Assembly: GCA_012520735.1 (NCBI GenBank)
Contig: JAAYNR010000019.1
Location: forward strand, 1-41,391
DNA length: 41,391 bases
Direction of reading: 5' to 3'
DNA from: Lentisphaerota bacterium
Lineage (GTDB): Bacteria; Verrucomicrobiota; Kiritimatiellia; RFP12; JAAYNR01
Shown here: positions 9,201 through 20,869 of the stretch, piece by piece
Layout: each line of letters begins with the position of its first letter
Numbering within the stretch: position 1 is the first letter of the stretch
Notes under the pieces: generated by a model
Told to the model about the DNA's origin: nothing
What the model saw: the letters and a program-made list of their open reading frames with translations, nothing else
Databases searched by the model: none
Position numbers and translations under genes: made by a program

Positions 9201-10099
9201 AGGAGATTGAGGATCAGGAGCAGAACGACTTCGGTAGTGATCTGGAAGATCTCGATGAAGGCGGCGTGGTAAAACAGGTGCAGGTATTCATTGCTGAGAA
9301 GAAAAACCTCTCGGTTGGTGATAAGGTGGCGGGGCGGCACGGTAACAAAGGCGTTATTGCCAAAATTGTCCCTGACTGCGACATGCCCTTCCTGCCGGAC
9401 GGCACTACAGTTGATGTTGTGCTTAACCCGTTGGGGGTACCTTCGCGCATGAACATCGGGCAACTTTTTGAGACCTATCTCGGCTGTGCCTGCCGTGCGC
9501 TGGGTATTCATGTAAGCACGCCGGTATTTGATGGTGCCAGTGAAGCGGAGATAGATCAGCTTCTGGAGACGGCACGCCTTGAACAGGGTAAAAGCCCAGG
9601 TGATGTGCCGTGGATCAACAGCGATGGTAAATCGGTACTTTACGATGGCCGTACAGGCGAGCCGTTCAGTCAGCGGGTTGTGGTTGGCGACATCTACATG
9701 TTAAAGCTACACCACTTGGTGACTGACAAAATTCACGCTCGTGCTGTTGGCCCCTACTCGCTAGTGACACAGCAGCCCCTTGGTGGCAAGGCGCAATATG
9801 GTGGCCAGCGTATGGGTGAAATGGAGGTGTGGGCTCTGGAGGCTTACGGTGTGGCTTATGCACTGCAGGAGTTGCTGACTGTGAAGTCGGACGACGTTGC
9901 CGGTAGAACCCGGATTTATGAGTCGATCGTCAAGGGGCAGAATGCACTTTCTGCCGGTACACCTGAGTCATTCTCAGTGTTAATGAGCGAGCTGCGCGGG
10001 CTTTGTCTCGACATGAAACTCCTGGGTGCAGAGAATAATGTTTTGCAGCCGCAAGGGGTGATCGACGACAGCACAAGCAGTGTTGCCGGTATAATTTAA
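6242..10099 (+). CDS. rpoB: DNA-directed RNA polymerase subunit beta
   Basis: 1285 aa containing the Rif-cluster-I region [32 protein letters not shown] and NMGQ/GGQR-type conserved blocks. Confidence 0.98.
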   Translation: [1285 protein letters not shown]

Positions 10100-10123
10100 T
10101 ATGGAACCATTGGGAGGTAGACT

Positions 10124-13100
10124 TTGAGCTCTTATGTTGCCAGAGATATGTTTGGTACGGCTGAAACGGCCGAATATGATGCTGTAAGCATAACGTTAGC
10201 TTCGCCCGAGACTATCCGTTCGTGGAGTCGTGGTGAGGTGAAAAATCCCGAAACCATCAACTACCGCACGTACCGTCCGGAGCGGGGTGGGCTGTTTTGT
10301 GAACAGATTTTTGGTCCTACCCGTGATTGGGAGTGTTCCTGCGGTAAATACAAGCGGATCAAGCACAAAGGTGTTGTGTGCGACCGCTGTGGTGTAGAGG
10401 TGACAGTCTCACGGGTAAGACGCCAACGGATGGGGCATATTGAGTTGGCGGTGCCGGTTTCACATATCTGGTTTTTCAAGTGCAATCCCAGTCGTATTGG
10501 GCAGGTACTAGATCTCACCCCGAGTCAATTAGAGCGTGTTCTCTATTATGAGGATTACCTGATGATTGAGCCGGGTGAGACGGGAATCAACGCCGGAGAT
10601 CTGTTGAGTGAGGCCCAGTTTCAGGAGCTTCACGAAAAACACGGTGATTCATTTTTGGCGATGATGGGTGCCGAGGCGATCCGTAAAAGTCTGTCAGCGA
10701 CAAACCTTGAGGCGGTGATGCTCAGTCTGGAAGAGGAGATTGAAAATACCCGCAGCAAGCAGACGCGGCAGAAGATAACCAAACGGATGAAGGTTATCAA
10801 CGGCTTTATGAAGAGCGGTGCGCGCGTTGAGTGGATGATACTCGACGTGCTGCCGGTGATACCGCCTGATCTGCGGCCGCTGGTGCCGCTGGATGGGGGG
10901 CGTTTTGCCACCTCCGACCTGAACGATCTTTACCGCAGGGTGATTAACCGCAACAACCGTTTGCGCAATTTGTTGTCGCTGAAGACACCTGATGTGATTA
11001 TTCGCAACGAGAAGCGGATGTTACAGGAGGCGGTTGATGCAGTATTTGATAATGGGCGCCACGGGCGCGCGGTGGTTGGTGCAGCCAACCGCCAATTGAA
11101 GTCGCTCTCCGACATGCTCAAAGGTAAGCAGGGGCGGTTCCGTCAGAATCTGTTGGGTAAGCGTGTTGACTACTCAGGCCGCTCAGTGATTGTGGTTGGG
11201 CCGGAGTTGAGGCTGAACCAGTGCGGCTTGCCGAAAAAGATGGCCTTAACGCTCTTTGAGCCGTTCATTATACGGCGTTTGAAAGAGCGTGGCATCTGCC
11301 ACACGGTACGGACGGCTCGCAAGTTGATTGAGCGGCACGACGAACAGGTATGGGATATTCTTGACGAAGTGACCAGCGGCAAGACCGTGATGCTTAACCG
11401 TGCGCCGACGCTGCACCGGCTCTCGATTCAGAGTTTTGAACCGGTGCTGATTGAGGGCGAGGCAATCCGCATTCACCCGATGGTGTGCACGGCATTTAAC
11501 GCCGACTTCGACGGTGACCAGATGGCGGTACACGTGCCGTTGTCAGTAGAGGCACAGCTTGAGAGCCGGTTGCTGATGATGTCATCAAACTCGATCTTCT
11601 CGCCGGCCTCCGGTAAATCGACCATGACCCCGGCACAAGACATAGCTCTGGGTATCTACTACCTGACAGCCAACAGCCAGCAGGACAAACTGGCGGCGCG
11701 AATGGCTGGTAAAGAGGGACTGGAGGGGCATGAGCACCTGCCACTGTTTGCCAACAACAACGAGGTTCACCTGGCAGAGGCTGAAGGTGCGGTTAACCTC
11801 CACAGTCGTATTCGGCTGGCCAATCCCGATTACGGTAAAGAGGGGCGGCGTTACGGCGATGCAGCGCCAAAGGTAATTGAGACCACAGTAGGGCGGGTGA
11901 TCTTCAATGAGATATGGCCTGACGAACTCGGATTTTTAAACGAGAAGGTCGACAAAGGCCGGCTTAGCGAGATGATTCAGCGTTGCTATCAGGTGGCAGG
12001 GCACTCACGCACAGTCAAACTGCTTGATGAACTGAAGACAATGGGTTTCCGTCATGCAACCATGGCTGGTATCTCAATGGGCATTAAAGATATTATCCGG
12101 CCTGTGGAGAAAGACGAAGTCGTTAAAATTGCCTACGGTGAGGTTGACAAAGTACAAGAGCAGCATCACATCGGTATTATTACTGAAGACGAGCGCCACA
12201 ACAAGATCACCCAGATCTGGACCAGTGCCCGTGAACAGGTGGCAGACAGCCTGTTCCGTTCGATTGAGTCGAACATCTCGGAAGAGAATCCCAACCCGAC
12301 TGAGATCAACCCGGTCTTCATGATGGTAGACTCCAAGGCTCGTGGCTCACGCGAGCAGATTCGTCAGCTTGGTGGTATGCGCGGTCAGATGGCCAAGCCG
12401 TCGGGCGAGATTATTGAGCGGCCGATTACCGCCTCATTCCGTGACGGACTCTCGGTACTGGAATATTTTGTGTCGTCGCACGGTGCGCGTAAAGGTTTGG
12501 CTGACACTGCACTTAAGACGGCAGATGCAGGGTATCTCACCCGCAAACTGGTTGACGTGGCCCAGGATGTTATTATCACCATTCAGGACTGCAACACCGT
12601 TAACGGCATTGAGATGGAGGCGGTATTTGAGGGCGATGACGAGGTGATTCCCCTGCGCATCCGCGCACTGGGGCGCACCGCTTTGTATGACGTCTTCCAC
12701 CCCACCACCCGTGAGGTGCTGGTACGTGCCAACGACGAAATTGACGAGACCGCCGCCAAGCGGATGGAAGATGCCGGCATTGAGAGCGTCTGGATTCGCA
12801 GCGGCCTGACTTGCGACGCCCACCAGGGGATGTGCGCCAAGTGTTACGGGCGTGATTTGGCCACCGGTTTGCCAGTGGAGATTGGTGCGGCGGTAGGCAT
12901 TATAGCGGCGCAGTCGATTGGCGAGCCCGGCACACAGCTCACCATGCGTACCTTCCATATCGGTGGTACGGCCTCGACGGTGACGCAGGTTGCCGAGCAG
13001 GTTGCTGAAGCGGCAGGTCGTGTACAATACCGCGACCTCCACACGGTACGCAACCGCGACGGTCAACTGGTGGTACTGAACAAAAACGGCGCAGTGACAC

Positions 13101-14314
13101 TGATCGACGCTCTAGGGCGCGAGGCCGATGTTTACACCTTGCCGATGGGAACCACCCTCTACGTTGAAGAGGGTGCCTATGTGGAGATAGGTGATAAAAT
13201 AGCAGCTTGGGATCCCAACTCGATTCCACTACTGGCCGATTCAGCCGGTGTGGTTGAGTTTGAAGACTTTGTTGACGATGTCTCGGTACGGACCGAGCGT
13301 GACGAAGAGACCGGTGCCCAGCGCTACGTAGTCATTGACGTTAAAGAGACACTTCATCCGCGGGTACACCTGCGCAACCCGGCGACGAACGCGGTTGTAG
13401 CCTCCTACCACATACCGGCCGGAGCCCACTTGGTAGTCAAAGAGGGTGAAGAGGTCAGCCCTGGTATGCTCATATCCAAGACTCCCCGAAAAGAGGAGAA
13501 GACGGGTGACATCACCGGAGGTCTGCCGCGTGTGACAGAGTTGTTTGAGGCACGTATACCGAAAGACGCCGCAGACATCGCCAAGATTGAAGGTATTGTT
13601 GACTTCGGGCCCAACACCCGTGGCAAACGGTGCCTGATCATACGCGACGAAACTACCCAGACGGCTGAGGAACATCTGATTCCGATAGCTAAGCAGGTGG
13701 TTGTTTACAAAGGCGACCGTGTCCGCAAAGGGCAACAGCTCACAGAGGGACCGATTGTACCACAAGAGTACCTCGACGTTTGCGGACCTCAGCAGCTACA
13801 GCGTTACCTGGTGAACGAAGTACAGCAGGTATACCGCAAACAGAGCGTTGATATCAACGACAAACACATTGAGATCATCGTACGCCAGATGTTGCGCAAG
13901 GTACGTATTACCAACCCCGGAGACACCGAATTTCTCTGGGGCGAGCAAGTCTCGCGTAAAGATTTCATGACTAAAAACGAAGAAGTGGCCATGGAAGGGA
14001 AACGGCCTGCAGAGGCACAGCCGGCACTGCTTGGTATCACCAAGGCAGCGCTGGAGACCGACAGCTTTATTGCGTCGGCCTCGTTCCAGGACACTACCCG
14101 GGTGCTCACCGATGCCGCTACAATGGGGCGTGTTGATCATCTCAACGGGTTTAAGGAGAATGTCATATTGGGCCATCTGATACCTGGTGGCACAGGATTC
14201 CCGATGCATCGTCACATCAAGTTGGTGACTCTGGCAGAGCCACTTTCTGAGGAGGCTTTGGGGTTAGACAAGAAGAGTGAACAGACTAAATTTATTGAAG
14301 GATTTCTTGGTTAA
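10124..14314 (+). CDS. rpoC: DNA-directed RNA polymerase subunit beta'
   Basis: 1396 aa with a TTG start after a GGGAGG SD. It has the zinc motif [15 protein letters not shown] and the catalytic NADFDGD. Confidence 0.98.
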   Translation: MSSYVARDMFGTAETAEYDAVSITLASPETIRSWSRGEVKNPETINYRTYRPERGGLFCEQIFGPTRDWECSCGKYKRIKHKGVVCDRCGVEVTVSRVRRQRMGHIELAVPVSHIWFFKCNPSRIGQVLDLTPSQLERVLYYEDYLMIEPGETGINAGDLLSEAQFQELHEKHGDSFLAMMGAEAIRKSLSATNLEAVMLSLEEEIENTRSKQTRQKITKRMKVINGFMKSGARVEWMILDVLPVIPPDLRPLVPLDGGRFATSDLNDLYRRVINRNNRLRNLLSLKTPDVIIRNEKRMLQEAVDAVFDNGRHGRAVVGAANRQLKSLSDMLKGKQGRFRQNLLGKRVDYSGRSVIVVGPELRLNQCGLPKKMALTLFEPFIIRRLKERGICHTVRTARKLIERHDEQVWDILDEVTSGKTVMLNRAPTLHRLSIQSFEPVLIEGEAIRIHPMVCTAFNADFDGDQMAVHVPLSVEAQLESRLLMMSSNSIFSPASGKSTMTPAQDIALGIYYLTANSQQDKLAARMAGKEGLEGHEHLPLFANNNEVHLAEAEGAVNLHSRIRLANPDYGKEGRRYGDAAPKVIETTVGRVIFNEIWPDELGFLNEKVDKGRLSEMIQRCYQVAGHSRTVKLLDELKTMGFRHATMAGISMGIKDIIRPVEKDEVVKIAYGEVDKVQEQHHIGIITEDERHNKITQIWTSAREQVADSLFRSIESNISEENPNPTEINPVFMMVDSKARGSREQIRQLGGMRGQMAKPSGEIIERPITASFRDGLSVLEYFVSSHGARKGLADTALKTADAGYLTRKLVDVAQDVIITIQDCNTVNGIEMEAVFEGDDEVIPLRIRALGRTALYDVFHPTTREVLVRANDEIDETAAKRMEDAGIESVWIRSGLTCDAHQGMCAKCYGRDLATGLPVEIGAAVGIIAAQSIGEPGTQLTMRTFHIGGTASTVTQVAEQVAEAAGRVQYRDLHTVRNRDGQLVVLNKNGAVTLIDALGREADVYTLPMGTTLYVEEGAYVEIGDKIAAWDPNSIPLLADSAGVVEFEDFVDDVSVRTERDEETGAQRYVVIDVKETLHPRVHLRNPATNAVVASYHIPAGAHLVVKEGEEVSPGMLISKTPRKEEKTGDITGGLPRVTELFEARIPKDAADIAKIEGIVDFGPNTRGKRCLIIRDETTQTAEEHLIPIAKQVVVYKGDRVRKGQQLTEGPIVPQEYLDVCGPQQLQRYLVNEVQQVYRKQSVDINDKHIEIIVRQMLRKVRITNPGDTEFLWGEQVSRKDFMTKNEEVAMEGKRPAEAQPALLGITKAALETDSFIASASFQDTTRVLTDAATMGRVDHLNGFKENVILGHLIPGGTGFPMHRHIKLVTLAEPLSEEALGLDKKSEQTKFIEGFLG

Positions 14315-14323
14315 TTTTTGTGC

Positions 14324-14352
14324 TTGCCATGCTTGCACGAATTTGCTAAAGT
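14324..14352 (+). promoter_or_regulatory. possible sigma70-like promoter for rpsL
   Basis: TTGCCA (14324-14329), a 17-nt spacer, then TAAAGT (14347-14352), in the 71-nt rpoC-rpsL spacer. Confidence 0.3.
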
Positions 14353-14385
14353 TAACTTTCTTTTTGCAGAAAATGGAATATTGTT

Positions 14386-14769
14386 ATGCCGACTATTAAT
14401 CAACTGCTGCGGAAGGGGCGTAGCCCCGGGAGCAACAAGAGCAAAGCGCCAGCGCTGAAGGGGTGTCCCCAGCGCCGTGGTGTCTGTATTGCTGTAAGAA
14501 CCCAGACACCTAAAAAACCCAACTCGGCTCTGCGCAAGGTGGCACGTGTCCGTTTGACTACGGGTCATGAGATCACAGCCTACATTCCGGGTGAGGGGCA
14601 CAACCTGCAGGAGCACAGCGTAGTGCTGGTGCGTGGTGGCAAGGTGAAAGACCTGCCGAGTGTCCGCTACCATGTGGTTCGCGGCAGTCTTGACACACTT
14701 GGTGTCAATGGCCGCAAGCGGAGTCGGTCGAAATACGGTGTTAAGGCTGCTAAAGCCGATTCCAAATAA
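14386..14769 (+). CDS. rpsL: 30S ribosomal protein S12
   Basis: 127 aa with MPTINQL and [17 protein letters not shown]. Confidence 0.98.
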   Translation: MPTINQLLRKGRSPGSNKSKAPALKGCPQRRGVCIAVRTQTPKKPNSALRKVARVRLTTGHEITAYIPGEGHNLQEHSVVLVRGGKVKDLPSVRYHVVRGSLDTLGVNGRKRSRSKYGVKAAKADSK

Positions 14770-14792
14770 ACGAGTTTTAAGGAAGTCAAGTT

Positions 14793-15266
14793 ATGGCTAG
14801 AAGGCGTAGAGCAGTGAAACGGGAGCTGATTGCTGATCCCAAATACAACAGTGAGTTGGTTTCCCGTGTAATTAACGCATTGATGTTGAGCGGCAAGAAA
14901 TCGACAGCCGAGCGTATTGTTTACGGTGCGCTGGAAGAGATTGCTGCTAAAACGGGCAAGGAGCCGCTGGAGGTTCTTGACGGAGCCATCAACAACATGC
15001 GTCCCAAGGTTGAGGTGAAATCGCGCCGCGTAGGTGGTACGACTTACCAGGTGCCGGTTGAGATTCGTCCGCCACGGCAGCTTGCTATGGCCTTACGCTG
15101 GCTGGTACAATACGCCAGTGCGCGTCATGGTGCGGGTGGTATGCCCAAGGCTGTGGCGCTTGAGTTACTTGACGCTTACCAGAATCAGGGTAACGTGATT
15201 AAAAAGCGTGATGACACGCATAAGATGGCACAGGCCAACAAGGCTTTTGCCCACTACGCATGGTAG
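14793..15266 (+). CDS. rpsG: 30S ribosomal protein S7
   Basis: 157 aa with MARRRRA..., VEVKSRRVGGTTYQVPVE and a C-terminal HYAW. Confidence 0.98.
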   Translation: MARRRRAVKRELIADPKYNSELVSRVINALMLSGKKSTAERIVYGALEEIAAKTGKEPLEVLDGAINNMRPKVEVKSRRVGGTTYQVPVEIRPPRQLAMALRWLVQYASARHGAGGMPKAVALELLDAYQNQGNVIKKRDDTHKMAQANKAFAHYAW

Positions 15267-15332
15267 TAGTGAGCTGATTTTAAAGGTTGCCGGGTGGCAA
15301 CGCTATTGATCTTTGACAATTAAGGCAGATGG

Positions 15333-17474
15333 GTGAAACACGTCATGGACGTGAAGGCTAAAAATATAAAGGGCAAAGTTGCTGGCACAGAGCCGGGCGA
15401 CTCAGCCACTGCTTTGGCCGCAATCCGCAACATTGGTATAATTGCCCATATTGATGCGGGCAAGACCACAACCACTGAGCGGATCCTGTTTTATGCAGGT
15501 CGCACCCATCGTCTGGGAAATGTTGACGACGGCAACACCACCACTGATTGGATGATACAAGAGCGCGAACGTGGCATTACCATTACTAGCGCGGCGATCA
15601 GTTGTATGTGGCAGGGGCATCGGATTAACATTATTGACACACCCGGGCACGTCGACTTTACGATCGAGGTAGAACGCTCACTGCGCGTATTGGATGGCGC
15701 TGTGGGCGTTTTTTGTGCAGTAGGCGGTGTGCAGCCGCAATCTGAGACAGTTTGGCGGCAGGCCGATAAATACCATGTGCCGCGGTTGATCTTCATCAAC
15801 AAGATGGATCGCATGGGGGCAGACTTCAAGTCGGTAGTGGCAGAGATTCGCACACGGCTGAAGGCTAACGCTGTACCATTGACGATCCCCTGGGGGAGTG
15901 CTGAGGAGTTTCGTGGGGTAGTTGACCTGTTAACCATGCGTCTGCTCACCTTTGAAGAGGGTGATGAGGGGCGCACAGTGAAGCAGCACGATATCCCGGC
16001 AGAGCTGAGCAGTGAGGCTGCTGAGGCACGGTTGTGGCTGATCGAGCAGCTCGGTGAAGTTGACGACGAGGTGATGGATGCCTACCTGACAGATCCGGCA
16101 TCGATAGCCAACGATTTGCTGATAAGGGCGTTACGCAAGGCGGTGATAGGGAATAACCTAGTGCCGGTATTTTGCGGGACTTCATTACGCAACAAGGGTA
16201 TACAGCCTCTTATTGACGGCGTGGTAGCCTATTTACCATCCCCGGCAGAGGTAGGTCTGACTGTGGGGCGAGATATTAAGACGGGTTTGCAGGTGGAGCG
16301 GGCGGTTGATGCTGGCGAGCCACTCTCAGGGCTGGTCTTTAAAATTGCTACAGACCCCTATGTGGGGAAACTATTTTTTGTCCGGCTCTACACGGGCCGG
16401 TTACGCAAGGGACAGAACATCTACAATCCACGTCTCAAGGGGCGTGAACGGGTGTTAAAGCTGGTGCAGCTCTTTGCCGACTCTCAGGAGGAGGTAGAGG
16501 AGCTGGTAGCAGGGGATATCGGGGCGGTAGTGGGGCTGAAAGAGGCCACCACCGGCGACACCCTCTGTGCTGAGAACCAGCCGGTGGCACTGGAGCGGAT
16601 TCAGCCGCCTGAGACCGTGATGTTCATGGCCATTGAGCCAAAATCGCAAGCTAACCGCGAGCGGTTAGACGACGCTTTAAAGCAGCTCTCTGCTGAGGAT
16701 CCCACCTGTGTGGTACGGGTTGACCCCGAGACTGGGCAGGTGATACTCAGTGGAATGGGCGAGTTGCACTTGGATATTCTGGTGGATCGGCTCCGCCGGG
16801 AATTCAAGGTAGAGGCCAACACCGGCCGCCCGATGGTCTCATACTACGAGACTGTCACGGCGACGGCATCGGCTGAATACCTCTTTGACCGCGACCTTGG
16901 TGGCAAGAGTCACTATGCCCGAGTCGTGGTGGAGGCGGCGCCGCGTGAGCGGGGCACGGGGCATGTGGTGGAAGTCACATGCAGCCGCAAAGCCCTGCCC
17001 GATGTGTCGCTGGTTGAAAGTATGGAGCAGGGTCTACTCGACGGCATCTCCACTGGAGTGCTGGCGCGCTACCCCCTAACCGATATTAGAGCACGCGTTA
17101 CGGCGGTTGAAACTGCAGACGACGAAAGTGCCACTGAGGTGGCCTTCCGGACGGCGGCAGTGATGGCCTTCCGTGAGGCGGCAACAGCAGCGGCTCCGGA
17201 ACTTCTGGAGCCTATTATGTCCCTCGAAATAGAGACACCACCCGATTACGTGGGTGAAATCATGGGGGATCTTAACGGGCGCCGCGGTCAAGTGCGTGAC
17301 ATGACCATGCGTAATGAGACGCAGGTTGTGCGGGCACATGTGCCGTTGGCGGAGTTGTTTGGGTACTCGACGGTGATCCGGTCGTTATCGCGTGGCCGAG
17401 CAAGCTACACGATGGAACCAGAGGCATTTGCCGTGGTACCGCGAACAGTAAGGGAACAGTTACTGAATAGGTGA
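15333..17474 (+). CDS. fusA: elongation factor G
   Basis: 713 aa with [28 protein letters not shown] and NKMD. The start is uncertain (GTG 15333 or ATG 15345). Either start gives roughly 20-25 extra N-terminal residues before the RNIGI block. Confidence 0.95.
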   Translation: MKHVMDVKAKNIKGKVAGTEPGDSATALAAIRNIGIIAHIDAGKTTTTERILFYAGRTHRLGNVDDGNTTTDWMIQERERGITITSAAISCMWQGHRINIIDTPGHVDFTIEVERSLRVLDGAVGVFCAVGGVQPQSETVWRQADKYHVPRLIFINKMDRMGADFKSVVAEIRTRLKANAVPLTIPWGSAEEFRGVVDLLTMRLLTFEEGDEGRTVKQHDIPAELSSEAAEARLWLIEQLGEVDDEVMDAYLTDPASIANDLLIRALRKAVIGNNLVPVFCGTSLRNKGIQPLIDGVVAYLPSPAEVGLTVGRDIKTGLQVERAVDAGEPLSGLVFKIATDPYVGKLFFVRLYTGRLRKGQNIYNPRLKGRERVLKLVQLFADSQEEVEELVAGDIGAVVGLKEATTGDTLCAENQPVALERIQPPETVMFMAIEPKSQANRERLDDALKQLSAEDPTCVVRVDPETGQVILSGMGELHLDILVDRLRREFKVEANTGRPMVSYYETVTATASAEYLFDRDLGGKSHYARVVVEAAPRERGTGHVVEVTCSRKALPDVSLVESMEQGLLDGISTGVLARYPLTDIRARVTAVETADDESATEVAFRTAAVMAFREAATAAAPELLEPIMSLEIETPPDYVGEIMGDLNGRRGQVRDMTMRNETQVVRAHVPLAELFGYSTVIRSLSRGRASYTMEPEAFAVVPRTVREQLLNR

Positions 17475-17481
17475 CGAAAGC

Positions 17482-17790
17482 ATGCAAAGTCAGCGTATAC
17501 GCATTCGCTTACAAGCGTACGATCATAGAGTTCTGGACTTGGCTGTCGGTGGGATCATCGAAACAGCCCGGGCTACAGGCGCACAAGTGGTCGGACCAAT
17601 TCCGCTGCCAACGCGGATCGAGCGTTTTACGGTTAACCGCAGTCCGCACGTGGACAAGAAGTCTATGGACCAGTTTGAAATGCGGACCCACAAACGGCTG
17701 CTCGACATTGTCAGCCCAACGGCCAAGACGGTCGAAGAGCTGAAGAAGTTGAACCTGCCTGCCGGCGTGGATGTCTCCATTCGCATTTAA
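17482..17790 (+). CDS. rpsJ: 30S ribosomal protein S10
   Basis: 102 aa with [14 protein letters not shown] and [21 protein letters not shown]. Confidence 0.98.
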   Translation: MQSQRIRIRLQAYDHRVLDLAVGGIIETARATGAQVVGPIPLPTRIERFTVNRSPHVDKKSMDQFEMRTHKRLLDIVSPTAKTVEELKKLNLPAGVDVSIRI

Positions 17791-17805
17791 GGACGGTGAA
17801 GAGCC

Positions 17806-18432
17806 ATGAAAGGTTTGATAGGTAAAAAATTAGGGATGACGCAAGTCTGGGATACAGACGGGCGTTGCATCCCTGTGACAGTACTGGAGCTGGGCCCATG
17901 CCCGATTGTCCAGGTCAAGAGCGAAGCTCGAGACGGTTACAGTGCAGTCCAGATCGGTTTCTCACCGCAGAAGCCGCAGCGTCTGGATAAATCGGCTGTG
18001 ACACGTTTCAGTAAGGCTGGTGTTGAGCCATGCCGCATACTGCGCGAGGTTGAGCTTGATGAAGGTGCGGCACCTGAGGCCGGACAGGTTCTTGATGTGG
18101 GTCTCTTTGAGGGTGTCAAATTTGTTGACATTCAGGGGATCACCCGAGGTCGTGGTTTTGCCGGTGTAATGCGCCGTTTCGGGTTTTCCGGAGGTCGCAT
18201 GACTCACGGTGGCCATGCCAAACGGCGTCCCGGTTCAATCGGGTCACGTGCCGGGATGGTTGACAAAGGGAAGAAGCTCCCGGGGCAGATGGGGTCGGTT
18301 AAGCGGACCACGCAGAACCTTGAGGTTGTGCAGGTGCGCAAAGACGACAACCTGCTGCTGGTACACGGGGCTGTCCCCGGGCCGGTCGGCGGTACAGTTT
18401 ATGTGACCAAAGCCCTGAAGAAGAAGGGGTAA
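17806..18432 (+). CDS. rplC: 50S ribosomal protein L3
   Basis: 208 aa with GKKLGMTQVW and GITRGRGFAGVMRR. Confidence 0.97.
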   Translation: MKGLIGKKLGMTQVWDTDGRCIPVTVLELGPCPIVQVKSEARDGYSAVQIGFSPQKPQRLDKSAVTRFSKAGVEPCRILREVELDEGAAPEAGQVLDVGLFEGVKFVDIQGITRGRGFAGVMRRFGFSGGRMTHGGHAKRRPGSIGSRAGMVDKGKKLPGQMGSVKRTTQNLEVVQVRKDDNLLLVHGAVPGPVGGTVYVTKALKKKG

Positions 18433-18438
18433 TTGACC

Positions 18439-19086
18439 ATGAGTACAATTAAAATTTACAGCGCTGCCGGAGAGCCATCGGGTGAGATGGCCTTTGCCGA
18501 GGAGCTGCTGGTCTTGGACAGAGGCGACCAGGCGGTAAAAGATACCGTGGTGGCCATACTGAATGCACGGCGTGCCGGTTCAGCCGCTACGCTGGAGCGT
18601 GGTGAGGTAGCCGGCAGCGGCAAAAAGCCGTACCGTCAAAAAGGGACGGGTCGGGCACGTGTCGGTAGCCGTCGTTCGCCGGTATGGCGTGGCGGTGGTG
18701 TTGTTCACGGGCCACATCCGCGCTCTTACGCCCAGAAGATAAACCGCAAGGTTGCTCAATTGGCATTTCGCCGGGCACTGAGCGGCAAAATCGCTGATGG
18801 TCAGGTTATCGTGCTTGACGAGATCAAGCTCGAAGAGCCTAAAACCAAACTGGTGGCGGCTCTGCTCAAAAAGCTCGACATACAGAGTTCGGGACTTTTT
18901 GTAACAGCAGACCTTGACGAGACACTCGTACGTGCAGCCCGCAATATTCCAAAGATTGGGGTTGTACGCGCCAGTGATGTTGATGTATACTCTCTACTTC
19001 GTTTCCGCACGGTGATCACCACGCGGGCGGGTTTGGAAGCGCTGACAGCGCGAATGACAGGCAAAAACGCGGAGGTGACGGCATGA
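18439..19086 (+). CDS. rplD: 50S ribosomal protein L4
   Basis: L4 motif KPYRQKGTGRARVGSRRSPVWRGGG. ATG 18439 is preferred over TTG 18433 on SD spacing. Confidence 0.95.
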   Translation: MSTIKIYSAAGEPSGEMAFAEELLVLDRGDQAVKDTVVAILNARRAGSAATLERGEVAGSGKKPYRQKGTGRARVGSRRSPVWRGGGVVHGPHPRSYAQKINRKVAQLAFRRALSGKIADGQVIVLDEIKLEEPKTKLVAALLKKLDIQSSGLFVTADLDETLVRAARNIPKIGVVRASDVDVYSLLRFRTVITTRAGLEALTARMTGKNAEVTA

Positions 19087-19361
19087 AGCAAGCCGGGATC
19101 ATCCGAAAAATTCAAGTAACAGAAAAAGGGACGGCTCTGGCCGAGCAGAACCGATTTCAGCTTGAGGTAGCCACCTGGGCTAACAAGCATGAGATTAAGG
19201 ATGCGGTCGAAGCGCAGTTTGGCGTTCACGTGTTGGCGGTACGGACACAGAATTACGCAGGCAAGCGTAAGATGACCCGTACGCGGCACATCACAAGCCG
19301 TCCTGACTGGAAGCGCGCCATCGTCACACTACGTGCAGGTGAGCGCATAGAGGCCATTTAA
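19083..19361 (+). CDS. rplW: 50S ribosomal protein L23
   Basis: 92 aa with an ATGA overlap with rplD. The sequence is L23-like ([24 protein letters not shown]) and the gene order is conserved. Confidence 0.95.
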   Translation: MKQAGIIRKIQVTEKGTALAEQNRFQLEVATWANKHEIKDAVEAQFGVHVLAVRTQNYAGKRKMTRTRHITSRPDWKRAIVTLRAGERIEAI

Positions 19362-19381
19362 TTTGGCGAAGGAAAAAAGCA

Positions 19382-20206
19382 ATGGCTCTAAAAACCTTTA
19401 AACCGAGAACTCCGGGATTGCGTCACAGGGTGTCGCAGACCTTCGAGGAGATTACCGAGACACGGCCGGTACGTCGTTTAAGCACGGCTACCCGTTCCAA
19501 AGCCGGGCGCAACAACACGGGGCGCATTACGGTGAGGCATCGTGGTGGTGGTGTCAAGCGGCGCTATCGTATTATCGATTTTCGTCGTGACAAGATCGGC
19601 ATTCCGGCCCGCGTGGCTGAGATCGCCTACGATCCAAACCGCACCGCTAACCTTGCTTTGTTGAACTATGTTGACGGCGAGAAGCGCTACATACTGGCAC
19701 CGGCCGGTCTTAAGATTGGCGATCTGCTCCTCTCCGGACCCGATGCCGAGCCTGTTGTTGGCAACGCATTACCTCTGGAGAAGATCCCTTTGGGAATGAC
19801 AGTTCACAACATAGAGTTGATTCCCGGCAAGGGTGGTCAGTTAGCCCGTTCGGCTGGTAACGGCTGCCAGGTGATGTCACGTGACAGCGGCTACGTGGCG
19901 CTACGCCTCCCCTCGGGTGAGGTACGGCGTATCAATGCCCGCAGCATGGCGACGATCGGTCAGGTTGGCAACTCCGACTGGAGCAGCGTACAGCTTGGTA
20001 AGGCCGGGCGCAAGCGCTGGATGGGCATCCGCCCGACAGTACGCGGTGTAGCGATGAACCCTGTGGATCACCCCATGGGCGGTGGTGAGGGGCGCACCTC
20101 TGGTGGTGGGCATCCGGTATCACCTTGGGGCAAGCTGGCTAAGGGTGGCAAGACTCGCAACCCGCGCAAGAACTCAAGCAAATTCATTGTAAAGCGGAGA
20201 AAGTAA
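19382..20206 (+). CDS. rplB: 50S ribosomal protein L2
   Basis: 274 aa with [16 protein letters not shown] and [14 protein letters not shown]. Confidence 0.98.
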   Translation: MALKTFKPRTPGLRHRVSQTFEEITETRPVRRLSTATRSKAGRNNTGRITVRHRGGGVKRRYRIIDFRRDKIGIPARVAEIAYDPNRTANLALLNYVDGEKRYILAPAGLKIGDLLLSGPDAEPVVGNALPLEKIPLGMTVHNIELIPGKGGQLARSAGNGCQVMSRDSGYVALRLPSGEVRRINARSMATIGQVGNSDWSSVQLGKAGRKRWMGIRPTVRGVAMNPVDHPMGGGEGRTSGGGHPVSPWGKLAKGGKTRNPRKNSSKFIVKRRK

Positions 20207-20209
20207 CTT

Positions 20210-20488
20210 ATGGCGCGGTCTATTAAAAAGGGTCCGTATGTAGAGGATCACTTGGTGAAAAAAGTCGACAAAATGAACGAGAGCGGGCGGAAGGCACCGA
20301 TCAAAACTTGGTCGCGCCGTTCGATGATCATTCCGGAATTTGTTGGCCACACCTTTGCCATACACAACGGCAAACAACACATCCCTATTTTCATCACTGA
20401 AAATATGGTTGGTCACAGGTTGGGCGAATTCGCCCCTACGCGTTCATTCCGATCGCACGGCGTCCATACGGACAAGAGTGTTAAATAG
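20210..20488 (+). CDS. rpsS: 30S ribosomal protein S19
   Basis: 92 aa with [11 protein letters not shown] and [33 protein letters not shown]. Confidence 0.98.
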   Translation: MARSIKKGPYVEDHLVKKVDKMNESGRKAPIKTWSRRSMIIPEFVGHTFAIHNGKQHIPIFITENMVGHRLGEFAPTRSFRSHGVHTDKSVK

Positions 20489-20500
20489 TTGAGGATTTTT

Positions 20501-20836
20501 ATGGAAGTGACGGCAATTACCCGTAACGTCCGGCTTTCAGCGAGCAAGGGCCACTCCATTGCACGTGCTGTGCAGGGGAAGAGGGTTAGTGAGGCGCTGA
20601 ATGTGACGCAATTCAGTCCGCGCAAGGCAGCGGTTGTACTGGGCAAGACGATCCAGTCGGCCATGGCCAACGCGAAAAACAACGTCAATGTTGACGCTGA
20701 CGACTTGGTTGTCAGTTTGGCGGTGTTTGATGAAGGGCCGCGGCTGCGGCGTTATTGGCCTCGTGCGCGTGGCAGTGCGAGCCCGATTTTACGGCGGTTG
20801 TGCCATGTTAAAGTGGTTCTAACCGACGGTCGTTGA
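20501..20836 (+). CDS. rplV: 50S ribosomal protein L22
   Basis: 111 aa from ATG 20501 (MEVTAITRNVRLSASK...), with FDEGPRLRRYWPRARGSASPILRR. Confidence 0.95.
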   Translation: MEVTAITRNVRLSASKGHSIARAVQGKRVSEALNVTQFSPRKAAVVLGKTIQSAMANAKNNVNVDADDLVVSLAVFDEGPRLRRYWPRARGSASPILRRLCHVKVVLTDGR

Positions 20837-20869
20837 GGCCGAAGGCTTTTTTCAGGAAGGAGCAAGACG

